Positions 1 through 13,058 of a stretch of 64,000 nucleotides of DNA are shown piece by piece (positions within the stretch are counted from its first letter, which is position 1; each line of letters starts with the position of its first letter). The DNA comes from an uncultured Aquificales bacterium (lineage in GTDB: Bacteria; Thermosulfidibacterota; Thermosulfidibacteria; Thermosulfidibacterales; Thermosulfidibacteraceae). Under the pieces are notes generated by a model. That model searched no databases, had not been told where the DNA came from, and saw only the letters and a list, made by a program, of their open reading frames with translations. The DNA lies in NCBI GenBank assembly GCA_964411615.1, contig CAYPLO010000002.1:1-64000 (forward strand), written 5' to 3'. The translations under genes and the position numbers were made by a program.

Positions 1-1958
1 TCAGCAACACCTGCACTTATAGTCACGTGAAGAATTTTGCCTTCTATATGTATAGATGTCATCTCAACAGATTTCCTTATCTTCTCAGCTACATCAAGAG
101 ACTTCCCTTCAGATACATCAGGTAAGACAACCAAGAACTCTTCTCCACCATACCTTATAACGAGATCAGAGGATCTAACTGAAGAAGATACAACTCGAGC
201 AACCTCTTTCAAGACAATATCTCCATTTTTATGACCATATGTATCGTTAACTTTCTTAAAATTATCTATATCAATCATTATGAAGCCAACTATAAAACCT
301 TTCCTATCAGCAAAGCTTATATATTTCTCAAGATAAGAGTCTAAAAACCTTCTATTGTACAAACCAGTCAAACCATCTTTGAGACTTTGTTCTCTCGTTA
401 TATCTAACAATTTAGCCGCATAAACAACAGGCGCTGTTATCTCGATATACTTTATTATAAACGGAAGATTGGACATTAAAATTTCTCTATTTTCATCATC
501 TTCTAGTATCTTAACTACTCCCTTAACTCCACCTCCCATAACCATAGGTATACACACAGAAAATGTATCATTATCATCTACAGCAAATCGACATATCTCA
601 GGAAATTCTTTGGCATCCACAACACCAGCTGTCCTTTTGGCTCTGCATATATCAGGATTAACAACCACATCTATAGGAGCTCCATCAATACATTCACAAA
701 AGACAGGTTCAAATCTATTCTTACTCTCATTAAGCTCAAGAATCATAACTCTATAGACCCCAAATCTATCTTTTAAAACTCTATATAGATGTCTATATAT
801 TTCTGACTTATCATAATCACTTTCTATAACATTCTTGTATCTATTAAGTTCAACAAGAGATTCAACTACCTTCTTGGCCATTACAAGAGGATTACTCTCA
901 GAAGATGTATCCCATTCAACACCTAAAACCTTTGTTTCTAATGCTTCTTGAGAAACCTTTATTATGTAGCCTACACTTTCATTAAGAACACTCATAATAT
1001 GATTATACTCTTCTGCCATCATTCCAAACTCTCCATCCTTTGGAGAATAGGCTAACTGATAAGTGAAGTCACCATTTCTTATACTGTCCAAGGCAGCAGA
1101 CATTCTGCTTAAATATCTGGACAACAAAGAAACAAATCTATAACCAGTAATGAGAAGGCTCAACATTAACAACACAAATAATACTGTAGTTGAAGTAACG
1201 GTCATAACGATGGACTTTCGCATTAGAGATTTTTGCTTATCTATAAAAAACCATACATCAGTGTGCAGACTCTTTATTATATTTTGATATGATTTAATAT
1301 TGTCACTTATGTTAACGATAGTGGACCTTACATTTCTTATGAGGGATATAACTTCCTCAACACCTTTTAAAGAAAGTTTATCTTTACTGTTCAATAAAAC
1401 ATGTTCTATATCTGTAAGAATAGAAAGCTTCATAGGATTCAGATAAAGATCTGATAACATATAAGATATTTTTTTAGCCAGAACGTCGTGACCCGACAAC
1501 TTTAAATCAACAAGAAAACCATACAAGCTATCACTTAAACGCTTCATCAAGTCAATATAATTATCAAGGTTTGAGTTTATAGAATTAATAACATCAAACA
1601 GCATATCTACAGACTCACTTATGATACCTAAATATTCTGATTCATTATCATTTGAGAAGAATAAAGCTAACTTCATAAACAGATCTTTGCGATCTTCGTC
1701 CCTGACAATCTTCATATATGACATGAGATCTGACATATCTCTTCTAACATTCTCTTTAAACCTTTCATCTTTCGTAACCATGTACATATCTTCGTTATAC
1801 GAAATCAATGAGATATAATGCATAATCTTATTAGCAACTTTCATATTGAAAAAAGCGTATCTAATTCTCATCATACCGGAAAAACCAAAATATCCCAACA
1901 AAAACGAGAAGAAAGCTACAAGAACAAAGACCAATTTTAACCTATTAACAAATGTCAT
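1..1958 (-). CDS. Membrane-bound diguanylate cyclase (TM-sensor-TM-HAMP-GAF-like-GGDEF); partial, 3' end runs off the window
   Basis: Not in the ORF track. ATG at 1958 overlaps the upstream stop (ATGA). Manual translation gives MTFVNRLKLVFVLVAFF...DGLTGLYNRR...IDIDNFKKVNDTYGH...RSSDLVIRYGGEEF...VTISAGVA. Confidence 0.92.
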   Translation of the reverse strand, partial: MTFVNRLKLVFVLVAFFSFLLGYFGFSGMMRIRYAFFNMKVANKIMHYISLISYNEDMYMVTKDERFKENVRRDMSDLMSYMKIVRDEDRKDLFMKLALFFSNDNESEYLGIISESVDMLFDVINSINSNLDNYIDLMKRLSDSLYGFLVDLKLSGHDVLAKKISYMLSDLYLNPMKLSILTDIEHVLLNSKDKLSLKGVEEVISLIRNVRSTIVNISDNIKSYQNIIKSLHTDVWFFIDKQKSLMRKSIVMTVTSTTVLFVLLMLSLLITGYRFVSLLSRYLSRMSAALDSIRNGDFTYQLAYSPKDGEFGMMAEEYNHIMSVLNESVGYIIKVSQEALETKVLGVEWDTSSESNPLVMAKKVVESLVELNRYKNVIESDYDKSEIYRHLYRVLKDRFGVYRVMILELNESKNRFEPVFCECIDGAPIDVVVNPDICRAKRTAGVVDAKEFPEICRFAVDDNDTFSVCIPMVMGGGVKGVVKILEDDENREILMSNLPFIIKYIEITAPVVYAAKLLDITREQSLKDGLTGLYNRRFLDSYLEKYISFADRKGFIVGFIMIDIDNFKKVNDTYGHKNGDIVLKEVARVVSSSVRSSDLVIRYGGEEFLVVLPDVSEGKSLDVAEKIRKSVEMTSIHIEGKILHVTISAGVA

Positions 1959-2701
1959 TTTGCACCTCTCAAGACCTCGACTGTGGAATTAGTGATTTTA
2001 AGAAGTATAGGTTTAGTACCATGAAAGGTCCACACCTTTCCCTTATATCTTAATCTTACAGCCTCTGGTCTTCCAAGTTTAAGATAACATCCAAGACTGC
2101 GACATATGAACTCAACAGTACCATTTGTGAAAAAACCAATATCAACTTTGCTACCGTCCACCCATCTATACCAACACTTGCCTCTAATCACATCTACTAC
2201 AAGCTTTGATGGAACAGTTGCATTATTGGAGCCAGTGATATTAGAACTGCTAAAATTTCCACTACTATAGGAAGCCATATTTTTAGAAGCAGATACGTTT
2301 TTATTCTCGCTCTTTATACTCCAACCATAGTAGTACACTACTAACAAGAAAGCTGTTAACAAAATTAATACAGAAATAATCCAAGTATGAGAAATTCTTA
2401 GTCCCCTTCTATTGACTTTGACAGAAGAGATGTCGGGGGAGATATCCTTGTTTATTATACACTGAGATATAGCCTCTTCCAGCTCACTGTAATTCATATC
2501 AAGCTCTTCAGATATTCTTCTTAAGAAACCTTTGATATATACAGCTTCCGGCATGCATTCCCATCTGCCATCCCTCAAAGCTTCAAGAAAGGACACGGGA
2601 ACCACAGCCTTTCTTGCAAACTCCTCGAGGGAAGCGTATTTCTGAGCTATCCTCTCAAAAACTTCCCTTATCTTCCTTTCACATGGTCTCTCTTCCACCA
2701 A
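1955..2701 (-). CDS. RodZ-like protein (N-terminal HTH, single TM, C-terminal periplasmic domain)
   Basis: HTH-type segment LEALRDGRWECMPEAVYIKGFLRRISEEL, one TM helix, Ser/Asn linker, C-terminal CW...LKLGRPEAV domain. Confidence 0.75.
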   Translation of the reverse strand: MVEERPCERKIREVFERIAQKYASLEEFARKAVVPVSFLEALRDGRWECMPEAVYIKGFLRRISEELDMNYSELEEAISQCIINKDISPDISSVKVNRRGLRISHTWIISVLILLTAFLLVVYYYGWSIKSENKNVSASKNMASYSSGNFSSSNITGSNNATVPSKLVVDVIRGKCWYRWVDGSKVDIGFFTNGTVEFICRSLGCYLKLGRPEAVRLRYKGKVWTFHGTKPILLKITNSTVEVLRGAK

Positions 2702-3581
2702 ATCCCCTCCAGAGGCCTAAAGCCTCTGCGTACCTAACAACCTCCTCATACTCCCACAGATAGGGCCGCCTGGATATCTCAGGATACTGAACGGCTTCAT
2801 AGAGGGGACGGTACTGGAACATGATGTTCACATAGATATCCTTGGATAAGTCGGCCAGAAATTCCATTATTCTCTTTGAATCCTCAACGTAGCCCGGCAT
2901 GACCAGATGTCTAACCAGAAGCCCCCTGACCGCTATACCATCTTTTATAACAAGGTTTCCAACCTGTCCGTACATCTCCTTAACCACATCTTTAACAACC
3001 TGAGGATAGTTTCCTGCATTCATATATCTTGAAGAGGCTCTTGAGTCAAAAAACTTTACATCTGGCATATATATATCCACAACTCCAGAAAGTCGTTTTA
3101 TAATATCAAGAGACTCATAGCCCCCGCAGTTGTAAACTACAGGCACACTAAGTCCCCTGTTAGACGCTATATAGAGGGCCTTGACTATCCCAGGAACGTA
3201 GTGGGTGGGAGTCACAAGGTTTATGTTATGACACCCTCTTCTCTGGAGGGATAACATCATATCCGCAAGCTCCTCTTCGGATACCACCTCACCGTAACCC
3301 AGATGAGAGATATCGTAATTTTGACAGAAAACACAGAGCAGATTGCAGTAGGTGAAGAATATGGTTCCGGAACCGCCGATACCTACAAGTGGAGGCTCCT
3401 CTCCAAAGTGGGGACCGTAAGAGGACACCACCAGCTGTGCAGGGGCACCGCAGTATCCCCTCTCTCTGTACCTGTTAACCCCGCACTTTCTGGGACAGAG
3501 GGTGCAGCTTTTGTAGACCTCCTGCAACTCCTCTGCCAGCTCCTTCAATCTTGACCTGTTCTCAAGATACAGAGGGGTCAT
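2679..3581 (-). CDS. Radical SAM protein, PflX-like family
   Basis: CxxxCxxC (CNLLCVFC), N-terminal CTLCPRKC, HFGEEPP and HNINLVTP motifs. Confidence 0.85.
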   Translation of the reverse strand: MTPLYLENRSRLKELAEELQEVYKSCTLCPRKCGVNRYRERGYCGAPAQLVVSSYGPHFGEEPPLVGIGGSGTIFFTYCNLLCVFCQNYDISHLGYGEVVSEEELADMMLSLQRRGCHNINLVTPTHYVPGIVKALYIASNRGLSVPVVYNCGGYESLDIIKRLSGVVDIYMPDVKFFDSRASSRYMNAGNYPQVVKDVVKEMYGQVGNLVIKDGIAVRGLLVRHLVMPGYVEDSKRIMEFLADLSKDIYVNIMFQYRPLYEAVQYPEISRRPYLWEYEEVVRYAEALGLWRGFGGRETM

Positions 3582-4324
3582 TGTATGCTCTCCAAGTACT
3601 TTGAAGCCTCCTTAGCCCAAGAGGACAAGGGATAATCCCTGACTATACCTTTAAGTATCTCCCTTGCCTCATCCACCTCTCCCTCTCTTATAAGTATAAG
3701 GGCATTGTAGAAACTCACACCCGGGCTATTGGCCCCTGCAGCCTTAGCATCAAAGAGTATACCTTTAGCAGAGGTTATATCGCCTTTTTCTATGTATATC
3801 CTGAGCAGTCTTTCATAGGCAGGAGCATAGGAGACGTTATACTTCAGAGCTCTATTAAGGAGTTCTATTGCTTTTCCCACATGGCCTGTAGCGGCATAGG
3901 CGTCGGCCATGTTCACATACGCCTTTTCTGGATTTGCGTAAAGGGGGTTGCTCAAAGCTTTTTCAGCTGCCGTGATAGCCTCTTTGAATCTTCCCTCCCT
4001 GATGTAGCAGGCGGATAGGTTTGTCCAAGCGGGGGAAAAGTCGGGAGAGAGCTCAACCGCCCTTTTGAAACTCTCCTCCGCCTTCTTAATCTCCCCCAAT
4101 CCCATGTATGAAAGGCCCAATATGTTGTAAGCTTCAGAAGTTGGATTCAAATCTATGAGCTTCAAAGCCTCTATTCTGGCACTCTTAAAATCACCAGCCA
4201 CCAGGTAAGATTTGGCAAGCTTCATACGATAACTGTAAAGGTCCCTCTCCGGTTTTGTATTCACCGTAGTGGGTGCGGTGCATGAGGTAAGCACAAGCAG
4301 TAAGAGAACGAAAGATAATCTCAA
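3578..4324 (-). CDS. TPR lipoprotein, PilF/PilW pilotin-like
   Basis: Lipobox LTSC, tandem TPRs, ALSNPLYANPEKAYVN typical of PilF/PilW. Confidence 0.7.
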   Translation of the reverse strand: MRLSFVLLLLVLTSCTAPTTVNTKPERDLYSYRMKLAKSYLVAGDFKSARIEALKLIDLNPTSEAYNILGLSYMGLGEIKKAEESFKRAVELSPDFSPAWTNLSACYIREGRFKEAITAAEKALSNPLYANPEKAYVNMADAYAATGHVGKAIELLNRALKYNVSYAPAYERLLRIYIEKGDITSAKGILFDAKAAGANSPGVSFYNALILIREGEVDEAREILKGIVRDYPLSSWAKEASKYLESIQ

Positions 4325-5151
4325 AATTCCCTCTCCCTGCTCTTAGGGTCAAGGATATCCCGTAACCCCTCCCCCAGAAGGTTATAGCCCAGAACAGTTA
4401 GCAGTATAGCACATCCCGGGAAGAAGGATAGCCACCACGCTATCTGTATAGCATCTTTACCCGAGGCGAGTATCCCTCCCCAGCTCGGTGTTGGAGGTTG
4501 CACTCCTATACCCAAAAAACTTAAGCCACTCTCCACAAGTATGGCGGAACCAACCCCAAGGGTAGCGGCAACTATCACAGGCCCCATGGCGTTGGGCAGT
4601 ATATGCTTTAATATTATCCTCCATGTCGGAACCCCAGAGATACGGGCAGACAGAACAAACTCCCTCTCCCTGAGGGAGAGAACCTCTGCTCTCACAAGCC
4701 TTGCCACTCCCATCCAGGAGGTAAGTCCTATAACCACCATTATGTTCAGGATACTGGGCTCCAAAACGGAGATTACCGCAAGTATCAGGAAGAATGTGGG
4801 AAAACAGAGCATGATATCTACAAATCTCATAATAATCTCATCAACGATACCTCCAAAGTAACCTGCCACGGCTCCGACCACCGTGCCTATGGCACAGGCT
4901 ATCCCCACAGATACAACTCCGACCTCCACAGAGACCCTGGCACCCCATATAACCCTGCTCAGCACATCCCTTCCCAGATAGTCTGTGCCAAAGGGGTGTC
5001 TCCAGGATGGAGGCAGAAGAACGGCGTTAGGGTCTATCTTAGCGTAATCGTATGGGGCTATAAGGGGGGCGAACAAAGCCACCCCCACCACCAACAGCAC
5101 TATAACGAGACCTGCTAAGGCCAGCCTGTTCCTTAAAAGTCCCCTGAACAC
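4321..5151 (-). CDS. dppC: Oligo/dipeptide ABC transporter permease (DppC/OppC type)
   Basis: HPFGTDYLGRD, EAA loop (EFVLSARISG), LSFLGIGVQPPTPSWG. Confidence 0.9.
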   Translation of the reverse strand: MFRGLLRNRLALAGLVIVLLVVGVALFAPLIAPYDYAKIDPNAVLLPPSWRHPFGTDYLGRDVLSRVIWGARVSVEVGVVSVGIACAIGTVVGAVAGYFGGIVDEIIMRFVDIMLCFPTFFLILAVISVLEPSILNIMVVIGLTSWMGVARLVRAEVLSLREREFVLSARISGVPTWRIILKHILPNAMGPVIVAATLGVGSAILVESGLSFLGIGVQPPTPSWGGILASGKDAIQIAWWLSFFPGCAILLTVLGYNLLGEGLRDILDPKSREREF

Positions 5152-5155
5152 CCCT

Positions 5156-5377
5156 TCAAACGGCTATAACCTCTTTCACCTCAGGGACCATCTTCCTGAG
5201 AGCAGACTCCACCCCCTGCTTGAGGGTTATCTGTGCAAAGGGGCATCCTCCACAGGCACCGGTGAGCCTAACCTTCACCTTACCGTCATCGGTAACCTCA
5301 ACGAGCTCAATATCCCCACCGTCTGCCTGAAGGTAGGGCCTTATCTTGTCAATGGCCTCCTTCACCTTCTCTTCCAT
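5156..5377 (-). CDS. NifU C-terminal (Nfu) domain Fe-S carrier
   Basis: IRPYLQADGGDIEL...GACGGCP; start moved to ATG 5377 behind a GGAGG SD. Confidence 0.9.
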   Translation of the reverse strand: MEEKVKEAIDKIRPYLQADGGDIELVEVTDDGKVKVRLTGACGGCPFAQITLKQGVESALRKMVPEVKEVIAV

Positions 5378-5388
5378 GATGACCTCCC

Positions 5389-6165
5389 TCATTTTAGTAG
5401 AATCTTTACAGCAACCACCACCAGCAGGCAAGCAAAGATTCTCCTGAGAGTCTGCCTTGGTATGTTTCCGGCCACCCTGGCACCGAGCTGGGCCGTCACA
5501 ATACCAGATACCACAAGCATAACCACCGCCGGTAGATAAACGTACCCCAAACAGAGATGGGGAAGACCTGAAACACAGCGTCCCGTTAAAATATAACCCA
5601 AAGAGGCAGAAAGGGTTATAAAAGGTAGAAGAACAGCCGATGTACCCACAGCCTCAACGGGCGAAAAACCAAGGAATATAAGAGATGGGACCGCCACAAC
5701 TCCTCCACCCACACCAAAGAAGGCAGCAACACACCCGGCAATCAACCCTACAAGAAGATACAGAAGCACCTTTCCTTTAAATCTCCCATCTCCTTCAGGG
5801 GTAAGGAACAGCCTAATGGCTGAAAACACAAGGAAAAGGGCGAACAGCTTCTCCAGTATCCTCCCACCCAACATGCTGGAAAGGTAAGAGCCCAACCCAG
5901 CACCCACAATACCACCTGCGGCCAGGGGAACTATGCTGCTTCTCTGGGCGTGTCCCAACCTCAAATGGGCCAGGGCACTGGAGAAGGTCAGAAAGAAGGC
6001 AGAGGTTATGCTTGTGGCGAAGGCTATGTGTACATAATGGGAGACGGGAAATCCCATCTCTGGCAAGAGAAACAGCAGAGAAGGAACCATGACCACACCA
6101 CCGCCTATACCGAGCAGTCCAGAGAGGAAGCCGGCAACGGCACCAACCACAAGGAAGGCCATCAA
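5389..6165 (-). CDS. TauE/SafE sulfite exporter family membrane protein
   Basis: Two GLLGIGGG / FFGVGGG repeats, about 8 TM helices. Confidence 0.88.
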   Translation of the reverse strand: MMAFLVVGAVAGFLSGLLGIGGGVVMVPSLLFLLPEMGFPVSHYVHIAFATSITSAFFLTFSSALAHLRLGHAQRSSIVPLAAGGIVGAGLGSYLSSMLGGRILEKLFALFLVFSAIRLFLTPEGDGRFKGKVLLYLLVGLIAGCVAAFFGVGGGVVAVPSLIFLGFSPVEAVGTSAVLLPFITLSASLGYILTGRCVSGLPHLCLGYVYLPAVVMLVVSGIVTAQLGARVAGNIPRQTLRRIFACLLVVVAVKILLK

Positions 6166-7370
6166 TGGATGGTGGACCCCAGCTTGAAGATGGGAAGGTA
6201 AAGGGCGATGACTATGGTTCCTATCATACCGCCTATCAGAACCAGCATCAGCGGCTCAAGCATGGTGGTGAGAGCCTCAACCGCCGCATCCACCTCCTCT
6301 TCGTAAAACTCGGCCACCTTTTCAAGCATCTCGTCAAGTCCACCTGTCTTCTCCCCCGCCGATATCATCTCAATGACGAGGGGTGGAAAGACGGGATTGT
6401 CCTTCAAAGCATCGGATAGCATCTCACCTTGAGCTATCCTCTCCCTCGCCTCCATGAGCCCCTTCTCTATCACTTTATTTCCAGAGGTTTTCGCCACAGT
6501 CTCAAGTCCATCTATTATGTTTATACCGCTTCTCAGCATTGCAGAGAGTGTCCTTGAGAAACGGGCAACGGCACTCTTCTTTATAAGTGTTCCAAACAGA
6601 GGCAGATGAAGCTTGAATGAATCCCACATAAACCTGAATCTCTCAAATCTGAGGGCAAATACAAAGGCCAGAATAGATACTATCAATCCAAAAAACAGAT
6701 AGAGAACGTGGTCTTTGACAAAGTTGCTCAAAGAGATAACAAACTGGGTAAGAGCAGGTAGTTCAACGCCTGACTCCTTGAATATCTTGGCAAAGGTTGG
6801 AACCACTTTAACCAGGAGAAAGGCAAGAATACCTATAGCGATAACAACCACAACAATCGGATATATCATGGCGTTTCTGACCTTTCTCCTTAAGGCCAGA
6901 ACCTTTTCAGCCGAGAAGGCCCACCTTCTAAGCATCAAATCGAGCTCGCCTGTGGCCTCTCCAGCCTCAACCATGCTCACATAAAGAGGTGGGAAGATGT
7001 GGGGGTAGTTCTTGAGGGCATCCGAAAACTTCATTCCTGCCTCAACACTATCCACAACCTCCTCAAGAGCCTCTCTGAAAACCTTGTTCCTCACCTGAGA
7101 GGAGATGGCCCTAAGAGCAGAGGGCAATGGAATACCAGCACCAACCATGGCCGCAAGCTGCCTTGTGACCAGGGTAAGCTCTTTAAGGGAGACCCTGCCT
7201 GCAAATGGAAGCCTTATGGATATATCAAAGAGCCCCCTTACAGGCTCTATGCTTACAGGGATAAGGCCCTCATCCCTTAGGATTAGGGCAGCCTCCCTGG
7301 GACTGGAAGCCTCAAGGACACCCTCAACATCTTCACCAGAGATATTTTTGGCTATGTACCGAAACCTCAT
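6162..7370 (-). CDS. pilC: Type IV pilus / T2SS inner membrane platform protein (GspF/PilC)
   Basis: Two T2SSF repeats, AGEATGELD, AMIYP, LEPLMLV...ALYLPIF. Confidence 0.92.
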   Translation of the reverse strand: MRFRYIAKNISGEDVEGVLEASSPREAALILRDEGLIPVSIEPVRGLFDISIRLPFAGRVSLKELTLVTRQLAAMVGAGIPLPSALRAISSQVRNKVFREALEEVVDSVEAGMKFSDALKNYPHIFPPLYVSMVEAGEATGELDLMLRRWAFSAEKVLALRRKVRNAMIYPIVVVVIAIGILAFLLVKVVPTFAKIFKESGVELPALTQFVISLSNFVKDHVLYLFFGLIVSILAFVFALRFERFRFMWDSFKLHLPLFGTLIKKSAVARFSRTLSAMLRSGINIIDGLETVAKTSGNKVIEKGLMEARERIAQGEMLSDALKDNPVFPPLVIEMISAGEKTGGLDEMLEKVAEFYEEEVDAAVEALTTMLEPLMLVLIGGMIGTIVIALYLPIFKLGSTIH

Positions 7371-7375
7371 GCCAT

Positions 7376-8581
7376 TTAGACCTCTAACCTGACGCTACCG
7401 TAGTTCTTACAACGGGAGCACCTCTTCTGTATACTATCGTACACAGCTCCGCACACATGGCACCTATATTTGAACACTCCCGATTTGGCCAAGTCGCTCA
7501 AAATCCTGGAGCTTTCCTCATGCTTACCAAGACCCCTAAGGGCCAGGGCCTTGACATACCTTGACAGGGGAGTCTCCAGCTCCACCTCTCCCAGCACCTT
7601 AACAGCATCCTCGTACATCCCCAGCTCCACGAATAGATAAGCCTTTATCACAGGAGAGAGGGGGTCATCCTCCGAAAGGACCTTTACCATAAAGTCCATT
7701 ATCCTCTTGGGGTCTCCTCCTTCCTTTTTGACCACCAGGTCCACAAGCCAGAATAGATATGTGGGGTCCTTATCCTTCTTGTATGCAGTTCTTAGGGCAT
7801 CAACCGCCTTAGGCATCTCGCCAAGCTCAACAAGACAGCTCACAGCGGGCACAAAACCGGGCCTCTTTTTGAGCAGCTTGAGAATGCCCTTAGTATCTCC
7901 CTCAGAGGCAAGCTCCTCGCACCTTATACCCAGAAGCATGGCCTCAGTCTGAGGGGAAGGTGCAATCCTGTGCAGGTCCTCCGCAAAGCCAAGGGCAACG
8001 GAGTACTCACCGAGGGCAAGGGCCGCCTCAATGCCGGCGTAAAGGACGCTGGGAACCCTGTCGTCCCTGTCCAGGTCCTTTACTATGGAGAGAACCTCAT
8101 TATGCCTTCCCTCAGACAGAAGGTCCATGAGAAACTCTCCTATAAACAGACCCTCATAGGACCTGTTTTTGAGCTCGGAATGGAGCTCTTTGGCCTGTGC
8201 AAGCTCCCCCGTCTCCCTCAGAAGCCTCCCGTAAAGGGCCAGAAGATGGGGGTCCTTTCCCGTCCTTACAGATTCAAGGTACCTGCGTGCCCCCTGGAAC
8301 GAAAAGGTGTCCCTCACAAAGAAGGTGTTGAAAAGCTTATCCTTGGCCCTGCTCTGAGACCTGAGTGAACTTTTAAGACGCAGTATAGCTATGTCCTTCA
8401 TTATACCAGCAAGGTAGGCAACAACAAAGCCAATGGCCAGACACACCATTATGAGCACAGAAACGGGCACATCAAAGGCGTATCCCCTGTAGAGAGCAAC
8501 CCTGACCGAATGGGGGTTCATAAGGGTCAGATATATGAAAAGAAGCATGAAAAGAGCCACAGAGATGATAACCCTCAGCAT
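7376..8581 (-). CDS. LapA-like N-terminus fused to a LapB (YciM)-like TPR and rubredoxin domain protein
   Basis: Two N-terminal TMs with N-x-x-x-V loop, helical repeats, C-terminal YRCHVCG...[10 protein letters not shown]. Confidence 0.65.
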   Translation of the reverse strand: MLRVIISVALFMLLFIYLTLMNPHSVRVALYRGYAFDVPVSVLIMVCLAIGFVVAYLAGIMKDIAILRLKSSLRSQSRAKDKLFNTFFVRDTFSFQGARRYLESVRTGKDPHLLALYGRLLRETGELAQAKELHSELKNRSYEGLFIGEFLMDLLSEGRHNEVLSIVKDLDRDDRVPSVLYAGIEAALALGEYSVALGFAEDLHRIAPSPQTEAMLLGIRCEELASEGDTKGILKLLKKRPGFVPAVSCLVELGEMPKAVDALRTAYKKDKDPTYLFWLVDLVVKKEGGDPKRIMDFMVKVLSEDDPLSPVIKAYLFVELGMYEDAVKVLGEVELETPLSRYVKALALRGLGKHEESSRILSDLAKSGVFKYRCHVCGAVYDSIQKRCSRCKNYGSVRLEV

Positions 8582-8934
8582 CTATATCCTCCTTCCGCCT
8601 CACAAAACTCGGGAGCATCCGCCCACAACCTGTCAAGGTCGTAAAAGACCCGGGCCGTCTCGGTGAATATGTGGACCACCACGTCTCCGTAGTCCATCAA
8701 GAGCCATTCCGAGTTTTCGTATCCCTCAACAGAGAGGGGATACTCACCCTCCTTTGAGAGGACAAAGTCTATCTCATCGGCTATGGCCCTCGCCTGAAGG
8801 GGTAGGTCCACAGAGCATATGACAAACACATCGCATACGGTGGAGAGGTCTCTGAGGTCCAGAACCTTCACATCCCTGCCCTTCTTGTCCTCAATTATAC
8901 GCCTTATAGCCTGAACCTTCTCCTCCAGCCTCAT
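8575..8934 (-). CDS. rsfS: Ribosome silencing factor
   Basis: [12 protein letters not shown]...[14 protein letters not shown]...FYDLDRLW. Confidence 0.93.
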   Translation of the reverse strand: MRLEEKVQAIRRIIEDKKGRDVKVLDLRDLSTVCDVFVICSVDLPLQARAIADEIDFVLSKEGEYPLSVEGYENSEWLLMDYGDVVVHIFTETARVFYDLDRLWADAPEFCEAEGGYRC

Positions 8935-9617
8935 TCCACGTAGAGCCCCTTCTCCTTGATGTACCTCTCCACCTCCTTGGGAACCAGATACCTTATGCTT
9001 CTCCCATCCCTTATGAACCTTCTTATCATTGTTGAGGATATACCCACACTTATCACCGGTGTGAGGTATATTCTGGACTCCTGCTTCTCAGACTCAACAG
9101 TGAAGATATGCACATCATCAAGCCTCTCGTGCCCCCTGTAGTAGAAAAAGGGAAACCTCCCCTCCAGCTCTTTGAGGTAATCCTCAAAGTCACCAGGCCC
9201 AACGACCTTACCGGGCCTCTCCATCACTATGAAGTTGGTCATGGTGAAGAGCTGCTCAGGAGCCATCCAGGTATGTATCTGAAGGAAGGCCTCAGAGCCT
9301 ATGATGAAGAAGAGTTCCGCCTCGGTCTGTGACTTTATCTCCCACAGGGTATCAACCGTGTAGGATTTCTCTTCCCTTCTTATCTCAACATCGGAGACAC
9401 CAAAAAGGGGATTATCCCTCACCGCAAGCCTGACCATCTCAAGCCTGTCCCTGGCGGGTGCTATGTCTATGGACTTATGGGGAGGAATGTGAGCAGGAAC
9501 AAAGAGAACCATATCCAGAGAGAGCCTGTCCCTGACGTACTCCGCCACTATGAGATGGCCCGTATGGATGGGGTTGAAGGTACCTCCAAATATGCCCAAC
9601 CTCTCCAGTTCCCCCAT
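8931..9617 (-). CDS. nadD: Nicotinate-nucleotide adenylyltransferase
   Basis: [31 protein letters not shown]. Confidence 0.95.
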   Translation of the reverse strand: MGELERLGIFGGTFNPIHTGHLIVAEYVRDRLSLDMVLFVPAHIPPHKSIDIAPARDRLEMVRLAVRDNPLFGVSDVEIRREEKSYTVDTLWEIKSQTEAELFFIIGSEAFLQIHTWMAPEQLFTMTNFIVMERPGKVVGPGDFEDYLKELEGRFPFFYYRGHERLDDVHIFTVESEKQESRIYLTPVISVGISSTMIRRFIRDGRSIRYLVPKEVERYIKEKGLYVE

Positions 9618-9621
9618 AACA

Positions 9622-10878
9622 TCACTCCCTTATATGTCCACATCCCAGGATAATGTACTTGGTGCACGTCAAATCTTCCAGCCCCATGGGGCCTCTCACG
9701 TGCAACTTCTGGGTGGATATACCCATCTCGGCTCCAAGTCCAAACTCAAACCCGTCTGTAAACCTGGTTGAAGCGTTTATGTAAACAGCTGCAGAGTCCA
9801 CCTCCTTCAGAAATCTCATGCCCCTTTCATAGTTTTCCGTCACTATGGCATCGGAGTGGTGGGAGCCGTAGGTGTTTATGTGCTCTATGGCGTCCTCAAG
9901 GCTGTCCACCACCCTAACGGCTAGAATCAGGTCAAGGTACTCCTCATACCAGTCTTCCTCTGTGGCCTCCTTAACCCAAGGAACTATCTCCTTAGTCCTG
10001 GCGCAGCCCCTCAGCTCAACTCCAGCCTCCTTAAATCTCTCGCACATGGGCGGCAGAAAGGCCTCGGCAACATCTTTGTGAACCAGCATGGTCTCCATGG
10101 CATTGCAAACCCCTGGCCTCTGGACCTTGGCGTTGAAGCATATCTCCTGGGCCATCTTCAGATCTGCGTACTTGTCAACGTAGGTGTGACAAACCCCCTT
10201 GTAGTGATAGACCACAGGAATCCTTGAGTTCTCCGCAACGAACCTTATGAGCCCCTCTCCTCCCCTGGGAATCACGATATCTATATACTGGTCCAGCTTC
10301 AGCATCTCCTCAACAGCGGCCCTGTCGGTGATATCTATGAAAGAGACAACATCTTCGGGAACCCCTGCCTTCGCACAGGCCTCCCTGAGTATCTCCACAA
10401 TCACCCTGTTAGAGTTTATCGCCTCAGAACCACCCCTCAGGAGCACTGCGTTGCCCGACTTGACACAGAGCCCCGCCGCATCGGCGGTTACGTTGGGTCT
10501 GGACTCGTATATTATGCCAACAACCCCCAAAGGAACCCTCATCTTCCCTATCATGAGACCGTTGGGCCTCTTCCACATCTTCACCACCTCGCCCACAGGG
10601 TCGGGAAGAGAAGCTATCTCCCTCAACCCCACCGCCATGGCCCTTATCCTCTTGTCGTTGAGAAGGAGCCTATCCAGCATGGCCTTTGAGAGCCCCTTTT
10701 CTCTGCCCGCCTTCAGGTCCTTCTCGTTCTCGGCCTTTATACTGTCTGCCCTCTCCTCTATCAGGTCCGCCATAATAAGCAGGGCCCTGTTCTTAACATC
10801 GGTGGAAAGGCCTGCAAGCACCCTCCCCGCAGCCTTGGCCCTCTTAGCCTTATCAGCAACATAACTTTTCACATCCAT
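9622..10878 (-). CDS. proA: Gamma-glutamyl phosphate reductase
   Basis: [44 protein letters not shown]. Confidence 0.97.
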   Translation of the reverse strand: MDVKSYVADKAKRAKAAGRVLAGLSTDVKNRALLIMADLIEERADSIKAENEKDLKAGREKGLSKAMLDRLLLNDKRIRAMAVGLREIASLPDPVGEVVKMWKRPNGLMIGKMRVPLGVVGIIYESRPNVTADAAGLCVKSGNAVLLRGGSEAINSNRVIVEILREACAKAGVPEDVVSFIDITDRAAVEEMLKLDQYIDIVIPRGGEGLIRFVAENSRIPVVYHYKGVCHTYVDKYADLKMAQEICFNAKVQRPGVCNAMETMLVHKDVAEAFLPPMCERFKEAGVELRGCARTKEIVPWVKEATEEDWYEEYLDLILAVRVVDSLEDAIEHINTYGSHHSDAIVTENYERGMRFLKEVDSAAVYINASTRFTDGFEFGLGAEMGISTQKLHVRGPMGLEDLTCTKYIILGCGHIRE

Positions 10879-10890
10879 AATCCACCCTCC

Positions 10891-13051
<2,161 letters not shown>

Positions 13052-13058
13052 TCAGACT

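Noticed and set aside
1..2560. AT-rich left end as a genomic island or prophage
   Set aside because: No integrase, tRNA or att site seen; the composition shift falls inside the rodZ-like gene and the genes are coupled to the core operon. The region left of the window is not visible.
5378..5431. N-terminal extensions in the ORF track for nfu, glyA, the M20 hydrolase and the 56192 gene
   Set aside because: Downstream ATGs with clear SD sequences fit better; the extensions overlap neighbouring genes or promoters
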